DNA of 63,058 nt from Chara braunii (taxonomy: Eukaryota > Plantae > Charophyceae): NCBI GenBank assembly GCA_003427395.1, contig BFEA01000014.1, positions 2,773,461 through 2,836,518 of the forward strand, in the 5' to 3' direction. Positions 1 to 11,855 of this stretch are shown one piece after another. Within the stretch, counting starts at the first letter, position 1; the number at the start of each line of letters is the position of its first letter. Both the position numbers and the translations under genes were made by a program. Below the pieces are notes generated by a model. It was not told where the DNA came from and made no database searches. It saw nothing but the letters and a program-made list of their open reading frames with translations.

Positions 1-938
1 AAGAAGAAGAAGAAGAAGAAGAAGAAGAAGAAGAAGAAACGGTGGAAGAGGAGGAGGAGGAGGAGGAGGAGGAAGAGGAGGAGGATCCGAAGAAGACGAA
101 GATGAAGACGAAGACGAAGAAGAAGAAGAAGAAGAAGTAGTAGAAGAAGAAGAAGACGAAGAAGAAGGAGGAGGAGGAGGAGGAGGAGCAGAAAAAGAAG
201 AAGAAGAGAAGAAGANGANGAAGAAGAAGAAGAAGAAGAAGAAGAAGAAGAAGAAGAAGAAGAAGAAGAAGAAGAAGAAGAAGAGAAAGAAGAAGAAGAG
301 AAAGAAGAAGAAGAAGAAGAAGACGAAGAAGAAGGAAAGAAAAAAAAAAAAGAAGAAACGGTGGAAGAGGAGGAGGAGGAGGAGGAAGAGGAGGAGGAGG
401 AGGAGAAGAAGAAGAAGAAGAAGAAGAAGAAGAAGAAGAAGAAGAAGGAGAAGAAGAAGAAGAAGAAGAAGAAGAAGAAGAAGAGAAAGAAGAAGAAGAA
501 GAAGAAGAAGAAGAAGAAGATGAAGAAGAAGAAGAAGAAACGGTGGAAGAGGAGGAGGAGGAGGATCTGAAGAGGAGGAGGAGGATCCGAAGAGGAGGAG
601 GAGGAGGAGAAGAAGAAGAAGATGACGAAGAAGATGACGAAGAAGAAGAAGAAGAAGAAGAAGAAGAAGAAGAAGAAGAAGAAGAAGAAGAAGAAGAAGA
701 AGAAGAAAAAGAAGAAGAAGAAGAGAAAGAAGAAGAAGAAGAAGAAACTGTGGAAAAGGAGGAGGAGGAGGAGGAGGAGGAGGAAGAGGAGGAGGATCCG
801 AAGAGGAGGAGGAGGAGAAGAAAAGAAGAAGAAGAAGAAGAAGAAGAAGAAGATGACGAAGAAGAAGAAGAAGAAGAAGAAGAAGAAGAAGAAGAAGAAG
901 AAGAAGAAGAAGAAGAAGAAACGGTGGAAGAGGAGGAG

Positions 939-973
<35 letters not shown>

Positions 974-1212
974 GGATGCGAAGAAGAAGAATACGAAGAC
1001 GAAGACAAACACGAAGACGAAGACGAAGAAGAAGAAGAAGAAGAAGAAGAAGAAGAAGAAGAAGAAGAAGAAGAAGAAGAAGAAGGAGGAGGAGGAGGAG
1101 GAGGAGGAGGAGGAGGAGCAGAAAAAGAAGAAGAAGAGAAGAAGAAGAAGAAGAAGAAGAAGAAGAAGAAGAAGAAGAAGAAGAAGACGAAGAAGAAGAA
1201 GAAGAAGAAGAA
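1..1212. repeat. Compound (GAA)n/(GAG)n purine microsatellite tract with internal higher-order duplication
   Basis: Almost pure GAA/GAG/GAC triplets. The marker AAACGGTGGAAGAGGAGG recurs near 38, 357, 538 and 919. The poly-E/K/R ORFs are by-products. Confidence 0.95.
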
Positions 1213-1429
1213 GTGGTGGCTTACGTCAATAACCGAGAAGAGCAACCAGGCATACTGCACTTCTGCTACTGGCACTACTGTTTTTAAAAAACACAAGGAA
1301 GTTACTGACCACGGGTGCGAAACTGATGGAGACAAAAGCGTCAAATCCAGCAAGGCTTCATCAACTGCGGTGGGAATTACAACTCCTTGGCAGGAGGGGG
1401 AGCAGGAAGAGACAGTTAGTGACCATGCA

Positions 1430-4400
1430 TCAGGAGTGAAATTGCGACTGATTTTGTCGTGTGGGAGTGTGGAGATTGGTTGCAACAGATACTCTCCTGG
1501 AGGTAGCCAGGCTCATTCTGGGTGTTTGTATTCGAGAGCCACGGCGTGAGGATCGCCTCGATGAGGTTACACTAGATTGCCTAGAAGGTGGGCGTATCAC
1601 TGGGAAATCCTTTAGGTCTTCGAGGCCAGCAACCTGCAGCACGGAGTTCCTGCGAGACTGAGGAATGACGCCTCCTTCCGAGGCACCTTGGGCAGCAGTT
1701 GACATGATCTCCTCTCTCTCACCAGCGGCCAATTCTCCTTGCACTGTTTGAGGTGTGGAACCTCCGTCTGTCTTGTTGGAATCGTCATGATCATCACCCA
1801 TGGCCACTGAGGATGGGATCATGGGAGCTGGTATTTCAACAGTCAGCGCCTTTGGAGGCATTGGAACTCCCGTCTTATGCAGGTGGCCTCTTGCTGAATC
1901 AGGTTCACGAAGGACATCGGCAGTCTGAGGTCCCATGGGAGCAGTCAGCGCTGCTGCCACCACAGGAGCTGCAGGAGCTGAAACTGCTGCAGGCTGTTCA
2001 ATAACTGTAGAGATGGGTAGAAGAGAGGTAGGGAGAAAGCTCAACAAAGAGGAGCTCCTCGGGACTGGTGGGGGCGAGACCACCTCTATAGAAGAGAACG
2101 CGCCCGATTTCTTCATGTAGTCATGACAGGAGGCGGAGTAGGCGAGTGACATCTCTGTCAGGTCCAACGGTTGTTCCATCTGCAACATCTCTCGGATGGT
2201 CGTCTCAAGCTCGTAGGTCTCAGAAATCAAGGCACGCATGCTGAAAACCAACGCGTTGAAAGTTAGAGCTGCTGTGTTGTCTATGATTTCTAAGGAAGGG
2301 TGCTCCTTTTTCGCCACAATGAGCTTTATGATCACTTCCTCGTAACGCCTGTCGAACGCTTCCAAGGGACTTAGGCCTATATCGCAGGCGTCTTCCTGCT
2401 CAACACAGCAATCTCCCGATCCCCCTGCTCCCCCTCCTCCTCCTCCTCCTCCTCCTTGCCCCGAGCCTCCCTCACGTCCTCCTAATCCTCCTCCATGTTG
2501 GGGAGCACGATTACTTCCACTTGCCCCCGCTGCTTCTGAAAACATAGGTGAGCTAGGCATGTGTGATGCTTTCCACTGTCCCATCTCTATCATTCTCGCC
2601 TTGGTTCCAAGGGTCATGTAACTGCTGAGACTTGCAGGACTTGGACTGTCCCCAGCATCCCTTTTCCCAGAGGAATCCGATAGAACCTGGTAGCTGAAGC
2701 TTTTCAGAGGAGCTAGAGGTTTCATCAAAGACAGCGGAGAACCAAACCAGAGCCCATACAGTCTCTTCATGAAGCGCGTTATCTTCCGCTGACCCCTTTT
2801 CATAAACCTGTACCTCAGAGCACTGCCATGCAACCTCTGGAATAAATACCCCATTTTGCTATTGTTTCTATTTCTTCCCCTGCCCTTGTCTCCAATCAAT
2901 CTCATCTGTCCCTCGTCTTCCTCATTCTTCAACTCCTGCTCTTCATCTTCCTCCTTCCCTTCATGTTCCTCCTCTATCCCCTTTACCTTTCCGTCCCCTC
3001 CACTTAATGACTCCTGATCACTGTCCGCACCTGCCTCTTCCTCAATCTGCCCCGATCTAATGTCTTCCCCTTTCCTTTCTCCTCCACCTCCTTCCCCTCC
3101 TTCCCCTCCTTCCCCGAATCCTCTTGCCCCCACAGATGGCTCGTCTGCCTGAGCATTCACCCTCGACGGGTCAAGTATCTCTAGGACCATCCTTAGAGTG
3201 GAAATGAACTCGTCCTGCAACGCCTTGAGCGGCTGCTTTAAAGGTCTCACCAGGCTCTCAGCTTGAAAGCTTATGCCTTCTGTGTTAGTAGCTCGGAGCG
3301 CACAATCCATGAAGTAGATGAGAAGAACCATCCGCGTCTGAATCTCCACTAGACGGCAGAATGGTGCATATGGAAAAGGGGTCTTCCATAGGCCTGGCTC
3401 TGCCTTGGCCTCTTCCTTCAGGTTGTCCTGTTCAAGTACATTCTCCTGTATCTTCGTCTCCATAGCCTTCACTTCTTCCGTGGCCCTCGTCTTGCACCTC
3501 CCGCACTCCTCCTGTGCCACATAGAAGGCCAAGATTGCAGAGAACGTAGTCTGGCATTCAGCCAGCGTGTTTACCAGGGCTACACGTGCCAGTTTCGACG
3601 CTCTCGTGGGCCAGAGAGCAGACTCCACTGCGAAATAGCAACAGATCCCAATACACGTTTGAGTTATCCTCTCCATAGCGTATTCCTGTATGGACAGCTT
3701 GGAGGCCTTGTAGCCCAGAACCACAATGGCGGCCGTTGAACCCCCAACTTTCGCAGGATACCCGAAGGCCTGACTGTCCCTCACAAACGCACAACAAGCC
3801 ACCCAGACGATAATGGCCATGAGGACAAATACCGGGTGCCCTTTAGAAAAGACGATGACCAGGTACCCAAAGATTGCCCCCACAACAGTGCCCTGCAATT
3901 GCAAGATAGACACTCTGAAAGACCCCCCCTGCCCATTGGAGATCATGATGCTGACCGTCATGGGGGCCCAGAAGTTAGACCGGGTGACCCGTGCCCCCAC
4001 GACCGTCGCAAGAAGTATAGCCAGGCAAATCTTGCACGCAGTCTTGGCTCTAGGGACGCTGATTGACTCCGGCCGTAGGCTGGATACCCCCGCTACTAGA
4101 ACAGCCTTTGTGGCAACCCAAGCTGCGTGCCAGCTGCGACGATCGGACGGGTGGGCAAGAATCAACTGAGCAGCCTTGCTGACCAGTTCCGACGGTGGGG
4201 AGGACTGGTCCTTGTCTGCGTCCGTATCTCGACAGTGAGGACAGGCCTTGGTGTACGAAAACCTTTGTGTGATCAAACTGCTAGTCTCCTTTTCCAATAC
4301 TGATGTGCCCCCGACGACCTGCAACCCCTCTCCTCCTCTAAGACTTCCTCTCTCTCCTTCTCTTCGTTCCCCTACATCCATAATAACGGGAACCTCTCCT

Positions 4401-4495
4401 CCTCCTCCTCCTCCTCCTCCTGCTCCTGATGCTGATGCTGATGCTGATGCTGATGCTGATGCTGATGCTGATGCTGATGCTGATGCTGACGCTGA

Positions 4496-4552
<57 letters not shown>

Positions 4553-6490
4553 CGATGATGATGATGACGTTGATGCTGGCCCCCCTCCACCTGCCACTCC
4601 TCCTCTCCCTCCTCCTCTTCCTGCTCCTTCTTCCGTAACGTCCACGAGGACAGGGACAGCTCCTTCTCCTCCTGCTCCTATGACTGGCGCCACTCCTACT
4701 CCTGTTCGTCCGGCTGGTGGGATTGCTGCCGCTGAGCGCTCAGCGACCGAGGCACGCAGGCTAGGCTGCCGGCTTAATTGCTGCGGGCGAATGGAATGAC
4801 GACGAGGAGGAGTTGGGGGGAGCTGCGTTCTCATGCTTTGTAATGACAACCGAGTCTTAAAGGAGAGATCGATGGGAGGAACGACTGGCCTTTTCTTCTC
4901 CTCTTCTCGCCCTCCACCTCCCCCTCCACCTCCCCCTCCTCCCCCTCCTCCCCCTCCTCCCCCTCCTCTTTCGCCAGGGACTTGCTTTTCTAGCTGCTGC
5001 TGTGCCCTTTGTCGTTCCTCTATCTGCTCATGTAGGGGTTGCTGATGAATACGGGAAGCTGATCGGTCACGCTCTCGTACTCTATCTCCGGCATCAGCAA
5101 GGAGGATCATCCCTGATGGACAAGCCGGACCTTGGCTTCTGAGGATTAGCCCGATCAGGCTGTTGGATCGACTTTGGGTGTCGAATTCGAGCAGCTTCAG
5201 TACTTCGGAAATGAACAGTTGCACATTGAACAAGAAGAAATGTGCATCCATCATGCTCTTCGTTGCTGGTGTGCCCGAATGCATCCCTCCTCCTCCGTCA
5301 TCCCCTCCTCCTCCTACCACTCTCATTTCTCTCATACTCGTCCCCCCCCTATTATGCAGTTGCAGTTCGATAGACTCCTCAATTATTCTCCTCCTTTCCT
5401 CCACCCCTACGTATGCTCGACTGCTTTGATTGCCATCGTTACAGCCGTACAAATCCATCTTCGAGGGGTCCTCGTAGCTCAGCTCCCTTGCTTGTTTCAG
5501 CGAGCTGCTGAAATTCTCCAGAGCCAGCCTTCCATCTTGCAGTATTCTTAGCGACTTGGCCATCAGCTGGGCATTGGACTTCTTCTTCTGCAGACATTCC
5601 ACTGCGAAGTTCAGCGCCAAGCCCCCGCATTGGCCCAGGACAATCAACGGCTCCTGCAGCACCTCGCGGAACGCCCTGGGGCAATCTACCATGCTCCCAG
5701 AGACCAGAGCCATGTCCATCCCTTGGCAGTGTTTAATGGCTGCTTCGAGAACAATCACGAACTTCTCAAGCGTGGAAAGGATACCTAACTGGCCTAGTTC
5801 CCAGGCGAGATCTAGCTGCCTCTCCTTGAGAGGGGCAAGATCCTCCTGAATCATCTTAATCAACATCTCAACGTGGCTGCGAGCAAAGACGATGCCACGG
5901 GGATCGTCAGCCTGAAAGGCGTCGAGGAGAGTGATGAACATGGCAGATGTGCAGCGACTGATGATGGCAGCTCTCTCTTGGACCTCTTCGAGAGCGCGAA
6001 GAGGCCAAGGGATAAGCACAGCCAAGAGGGCACAAATGGCCCCCACGAGGGTGGTCGATACAAGACGGAAAGCGAAGAAGTTGGTAGTGTTGGGGGTCAT
6101 TGCAAAGGTTAAGTAGAGGATAGTACTCAGAGAAACAGAAAGCCTTTTTATAGACACGTGGATGTCTACATAGGTGAAGACAAAACCGGACACCACCATG
6201 CAGCAGATCATTGCCACCTGGCCTGTGCCGAAAGCCTTCCGGGCAGTGGTAGCCAGACAAGCAGAGAACAAACAGCCGAACAACCCAGTGGAAGAGTTAT
6301 ACAACACACGACCTAACGTCGTATCGACGGTTGAGATTGAGTTAACGGACGCAAAGAACAAGTGAGGAAAAGACTGACCAACATGCGGAATGAATGTTAT
6401 CAATCCAGCATATAAAGCCGCACTCCCAGCTCTCATTCCAAACCAGGCTCTCCACCAGAACAACCGCTGATGAATCGTCATTGACCCCAT
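1430..6490 (-). CDS. FUSC/ALMT-superfamily membrane transporter (plant 'p-hydroxybenzoic acid efflux pump subunit'-like family), single exon, ~1686 aa
   Basis: Uninterrupted 5-kb ORF. The ORF track starts at TTG 6526; the first ATG is at 6490. Two hydrophobic multi-TM modules, each followed by a helical region. Recognised family-like motifs: DTTLGRVL, ALLAVLIPWPLRA, FWAPMTVSI...SFRVSILQLQGTVVGAIFG, ERITQTCIGI...LWPTRASKLAR, EAKAEPGLWKTPF. The assignment is from motif memory, not a search. Confidence 0.85.
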
Positions 6491-6527
6491 TCTGTCTCTC
6501 TTTTTCACCTTTCTTCCCTTCTCCAAT

Positions 6528-6651
<124 letters not shown>

Positions 6652-7056
6652 GTCTCCGTGCCCCTTGGTCGTCCGAAACTCCTTTTGCAGCCTACCACGG
6701 CGTTTTCTCGGGGTCTCTTCAACCCCCCTGGGGCCTCAGCCACTGCGGACCTGCTGGCAGACTACAGCACTGGAATCGATTGCCAAGGTAATACCTTGGC
6801 TCCAAGGGAGGCCTCATCCACTATTGAGGGAAGCGTCGCGGAAAGAAGAATCCCCCCCCCCCCCCCCCCCCCCCTCCCCCCTCTCCTCGCCTCCCCCCAA
6901 TCCCTTTTGCTTGCAAGCTGAACGTTCCGAGACTCGAGTTGGAAAGGCATGTGATTTGCCATCAGATCCTCCTGTATCGCTTTTCATGATCTCACCTTAT
7001 GATTTGATTGGCGTCCATCCCGGTCGCAGCGTCTTCACGAGGAGTGACCCCTCATT

Positions 7057-7178
7057 GGGCCTCGCTCCACTACTCTCGAAATGTGCAAAACGAGAGTGAA
7101 TCTTCCGCTAGAATATGGAAAGATGCACCGTCATGATTCTTCTCTTTTCTGCATGTCGAGAGTAGTGGAGCGACGCCC
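7057..7178. mobile_element. Tourist/PIF-Harbinger-like MITE (122 bp)
   Basis: Terminal inverted repeats GGGCCTCGCTCCACTACTCTCGA / TCGAGAGTAGTGGAGCGACGCCC (1 mismatch), flanked by ATT on both sides. Homologous copies lie at 58226-58346 and ~62650-62770. Confidence 0.75.
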
Positions 7179-7514
7179 ATTATTTGAGCGAGCCAGTGCC
7201 TCGGCAGAGCTCCCACGTCGGATCTCTCCGAGATAGCCTCCGTTCGACCAATCTGTTCAAATACGGAAATTAGGATACCGATCAGACTGTGCCACGTGTC
7301 CCTCTGGCGAAGTCAGCAGGCTCATCATTGGGCCGAAACTGCACGGAAAGCGCGAGCGGGGGCCGGCCTGCGTGCCAGACCTTACCCCCCAACATTAGCC
7401 CGACTACGGGATGGAGGGGGTCAGGGGTGCACCCTCTTATCCCCGATTCACAGGAGTTGATGCACCCCCTTATCACCGCTTTAATGGGGTTAATCGAAAT
7501 GAAGGTGCAACCCC

Positions 7515-7980
7515 GTATCCCCGCTTCACGGGGCTTAACGGGCGCAAGAGCGCACCCTTAACCCCACGGCAGGGGGTTTTAAGGTGGCTCAGGGGCTCAC
7601 CCTCGCCCCCCCCCCCCCCAAAGACACAGGGCTTAAGGGGAGGGCTCAATACGCACCCTTAAACCCTAGGGAAGGGGTTTAAGGCGGCGCAGGCGCGCAC
7701 CCTCACCACGCTTCACGGGGTTTAAGGTGGCGCAAGAGCGCACCCTTAACCCCACCCTTAACCCCACCAAGGCTTTAAGGTGGCGCAAGAGCGCACCCTT
7801 AACCCCACCCTTAACCCCACCAAGGCACGGGGTTTAAGGTGGCGGACGGGCTCACATTCATCCCCCCCCTCCCTTCCCCACCACACCACCACACGACACA
7901 GGGCTTAAGGGGGCGCAAGGGGCGCACCCTCAACCCCACGGGACGGGGTTTAAGGGGCCACAAGGCCGCACACTTATCCT
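7515..7980. repeat. Array of ~10 degenerate palindromic (hairpin) units of ~40-55 bp
   Basis: Consensus GGGGTTTAAGGTG-GCGC-AAGA-GCGC-ACCCTTAACCCC, repeated with variable linkers. Confidence 0.8.
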
Positions 7981-9322
7981 TATCACTGAGACACGGGAAC
8001 GAAGTCGGGAGCCCGTCCCCCATACACCACGGTTGTGCGTCACTCCCCCATCACATTCCCCCCGTTTTTAATTAGAGGGGTTAGTTGCAAACGTTTTGTA
8101 TCCCTCCGGTTCCTACAAGATTCGAACTCATGATCTGTTCCCAAACAGTTGCTCGTGTGTACCGTCCAGCCACATGGGGGGCTGGTTATCGTTCCACCAC
8201 CATCTCCCCAAATGTCGGCGCGGCTTTTGTGGGGTAATCATTATGATCATCACATCAAGGGATCCAACGGGATCGGGATCGGGATCGGTATTGAAGGCGA
8301 CAACAAGAAAGGAGAGGGCGCCGGCCATTGTGGAGGAATTGGGAGTCGGGCTTGCTTCGCAGTATTCTCCTCGGTAAGAACCATCTTTTATGGGCCTTTA
8401 GTACACAGAATCCAGCTCGAACAAGAAAGGAGCCCCCCCGTGCTACCTTCGTGCCCCGGACGCAATGCCCAAGTATTGTGGCCGTATTTGGACCGAAATA
8501 GGGTATGTATACGTTCATGATAGATGGGGCGTTGTGCTCAGGGGAAGAAGGCAGTTCCAGCTGGAATGCATTGGCAATTGATGGCTGATAGGTGGGGACC
8601 ACAGCGGGTATGGCGTCGTAGGTGCACCTTGGAGACCTTGAACTCTCACCTCGAGTCTGTTTCTCTCTCTCTCTCTTCTCTCTCTTCTCTCTCTTCTCTC
8701 TCTCTCCCTCTCCTCTCTCTCTACTCTCTCTACTCTCTCTTCTATCTCCGGTGCTTTCTCTCGAATGGGTGTGAAGAAAGATAGAGCGCAGCGAGCCACG
8801 ATGAAGATGCAGCACCTGCTACCGCAATCAAAGGTTCTCTCTTCTCTCCCTTCTCTCTCGTCTCTGTCTTCTCTCTCTTCCTCTGTATTCTCCCAGCAGG
8901 TGTGAAGACAGATGGGCAGCAGTGAGAGACCATGGAGTCGTTGGAGCAGGCACCGCGATCAGAAATGACGTCCCATTTGCGCGGGTTCTTCATGTCTGAC
9001 GGTCGATCACGACCTTCAGAAGATCGACCGCCAGAAAAGAAGAAGACTCTGACCGAGGGGTAGCTCGAGGGGCGCCTTCAGTGAAACTTGGGAGGAGTGT
9101 TGAAGTAGGTGTTGTATGGTGTTGACAGTTCTCCGCAGTTGTGGTATCAGAACAACAACATCCCTGTTTCTTAGATGAGGATAAACCCATTGTAGTGTAG
9201 CACAACCAGATCCAGATATGACATTGATTGACAGGATTGAGAGCTCTTTCTTCAGAAAAGGGGTTTCAAAAAAAAAAAAAAAAAAAAAAGGAAGAAGAGA
9301 ACGAGAAAAAGAAGGATCCAAA

Positions 9323-9354
<32 letters not shown>

Positions 9355-10593
9355 AGGGTAATGAAAAGAACAGAACGATGCTCCCTTTCTCCTCCTATTC
9401 TGTTTCCTGACCGCAGTTGCCGGGATGCCACTCGGCATCATCACGGCGGCGTTTGAAGGTTGGAAAGCCAGCAAGCCCCCATACCCTCCCTACTCAGTGC
9501 GGAGTGAACGTTCTTGTGTTTGGCCTTTATTTCGCGTCAGATAGCTCAACCAAAGTCCGACACGGCTATTGTTGCTGTCGGATAAATAGACACATCAACA
9601 ACCACCGTCCGATCGCGAGCATGCGTCAATTCTGACGGGAGGAGATCGCTGGATACATGGCCGCATTATAGACGCAGACAGATGCCCCAAATACTGGTGG
9701 CTACTGATCTGCAAATGGAAGCCCGCTCGGCAAATCCGGAAGCGCGCGACTGAGGAACTCACGTGGCGGAGTGGTACACCCGTGTACCACTCCGCGAACT
9801 GCTGATAGATGGACGTACGTTCGAATCCCCCACAAACAAAACGAGAGAAAGAACCCCTTGGCCAGTCCAGATGGGTACCCCAAGCCTGTTGCGACCAGTA
9901 CCTCGGAGCTTTGTTGCTTTGTTTTTCCCGTAATGTAAATAAAGGATTTTTGCCCCAGTGCAGGCACATTTTCCTTTTCCTTGCCTGGCGTTGGCAGCCA
10001 TTTCGGTCCAGTGCGCCCAGCCCTAAACCACGAGTTCCTCCGACCCCTTCTCCCAACACGAAAAATTGTCTACCGCGTGGGCGCGGGGAACACAGCCCTA
10101 AGGTAGCCAAATCAGTGAGACTAAGAGCTAACACAAAGAGAGAGAGAGAGAGTTGTTCCATTTATTGTTATGAGTGTGAGAGAGAGAAAGAAATAGAGAG
10201 AGAGGGAGGGGANNNNNNNNNNNNNNNNNNNNNNNNNNNNNNNNNNNNNNNNNNNNNNNNNNNNNNNNNNNNNNNNNNNNNNNNNNNNNNNNNNNNNNNN
10301 NNNNNNNNNNNNNNNNNNNNNNNNNNNNNNNNNNNNNNNNNNNNNNNNNNNNNNNNNNNNNNNNNNNNNNNNNNNNNNNNNNNNNNNNNNNNNNNNNNNN
10401 NNNNNNNNNNNNNNNNNNNNNNNNNNNNNNNNNNNNNNNNNNNNNNNNNNNNNNNNNNNNNNNNNNNNNNNNNNNNNNNNNNNNNNNNNNNNNNNNNNNN
10501 NNNNNNNNNNNNNNNNNNNNNNNNNNNNNNNNNNNNNNNNNNNNNNNNNNNNNNNNNNNNNNNNNNNNNNNNNNNNNNNNNNNNNNNNNNNNN

Positions 10594-10636
<43 letters not shown>

Positions 10637-10637
<1 letters not shown>

Positions 10638-11030
10638 AATGGCAAAATTGAAATATGGGTCAAATTGCGGCCGCGATCTATTTTGCAGTTGGAATGATTT
10701 TTTTAATTTATTTAGCATTTTTCCTGGAAAGATCACAACAAAATCTACGAGTATTCCGAGTTTCATGTTTCTTCACGCATTCTTCTGAGCGCGAAAGGTC
10801 ACTGAATTTGGAGTACTTTTTTAGTTGGCCCAGGCATGGCTGAGTGGCAAAAATTGAAAATATGCCGAATCGGCGCGGCGATTATTTCGCAGTGTAAATG
10901 ACTTTTTGTAAATGTTCTGTTATTATTTCTGGAAAGAACACGACCTCATCTGTGGTTTCTCAAAATTTCAGATTTTTGTGCATGTTCGTCCGAGCACAAA
11001 AAATCGCCAAAGTTGCCTCCTGCAAAACGC
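10637..11030 (+). repeat. Two diverged ~205-bp tandem units of a dispersed repeat family; an inverted homologue lies at ~62130-62315
   Basis: Shared motifs GA(A/G)TGGCAAAA and CTGGAAAGA(T/A)CAC. The reverse complement GTTGTGATCTTTCCAGG...TTTTGCCATTC is at 62213-62313. Confidence 0.65.
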
Positions 11031-11642
11031 CTATTTCGTTGTGTCTGACCTCCCTATTTTAAGAAGACGGGGCTCAATGCCTGGGCCTGAGGGCCCTTTT
11101 GCAGTTCACATGCCCGCACTTCTTTTGGGGGTCCGCTTCTACCCGGGGACCGGTGCAACGCCCCCCACTTCTTTTTGGGGTCCACTTCCACCCGAGGACC
11201 GGTCCTTCCTTTTTCCAAAAGTCCCGGTTCTAGAAGAGCTAGCTGTAGGTAGTCCGCAATTTTGCCAAGGACCGGTCCCCAAAAAACATTTGTCCCCTAA
11301 GAACCCACTTTGCGTCCTGGTCACCCGCCACCAAAAATGCGACACATTGACACCGACGCGGAAGCACACTATACCGCAGCCTAAGGGCTGCAAATTGTCA
11401 TTGTCATGGGCCAAGTGCTGCTGGGCATGAAGGAGGCCTGTACTGGTTGTGGGGAAAAGAGGGTTCTGCTGGTACCGGCCTCTTCCTGGGACTCGGCAAT
11501 TGCACGGTCTGGGCCGGTGGACATCGTGAAAGTAAGCCGATGGTGTCTGGCAGAATATTGATCTGTTTTTACTATGTACCGCGCACGGCGCGGAGGCGCA
11601 ACCCGGAGGGTGTGGGGTCTTGGAGCGCATTTGGAGACCCCA

Positions 11643-11855
11643 CCTGCTGACCCTCCGCCCCTCCCAAACGCCCCCCACTTTCCCATTTCCCTCGGAGTCC
11701 ACACTTTTCTCTATTTCTCGAACTCGAATTCGAACTTTGCCTGAAGAAGAAACTCCACCAGCTGACCCTCCGCCCCTCCCAAACGCCCCCCACTTTCCGG
11801 TTTCCCTCCACACTTTCTCGATTCCTCGAACTCGAACTACCTGAAGAAGAAACAC
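11643..11855. repeat. ~115-bp direct tandem duplication
   Basis: GCTGACCCTCCGCCCCTCCCAAACGCCCCCCACTTTCC...CCTGAAGAAGAAAC occurs twice. Confidence 0.8.

Noticed and set aside
361-1287. Poly-E/K/R ORFs
   Set aside because: These are translations of a GAA/GAG microsatellite that lacks stop codons.
7515-7980. Interstitial telomere or CRISPR array
   Set aside because: There is no tandem TTTAGGG run; units are degenerate palindromes without unique fixed-length spacers.
8105-8175. tRNA on the minus strand (GAGTTCGAATC)
   Set aside because: Only a B-box-like motif is present; I could not build a cloverleaf.
9809-10766. ORFs spanning N gaps (also ~25.7-26.6 kb, ~40.0-41.1 kb and ~56.7-57.2 kb)
   Set aside because: Their length comes from Ns and dinucleotide repeats.
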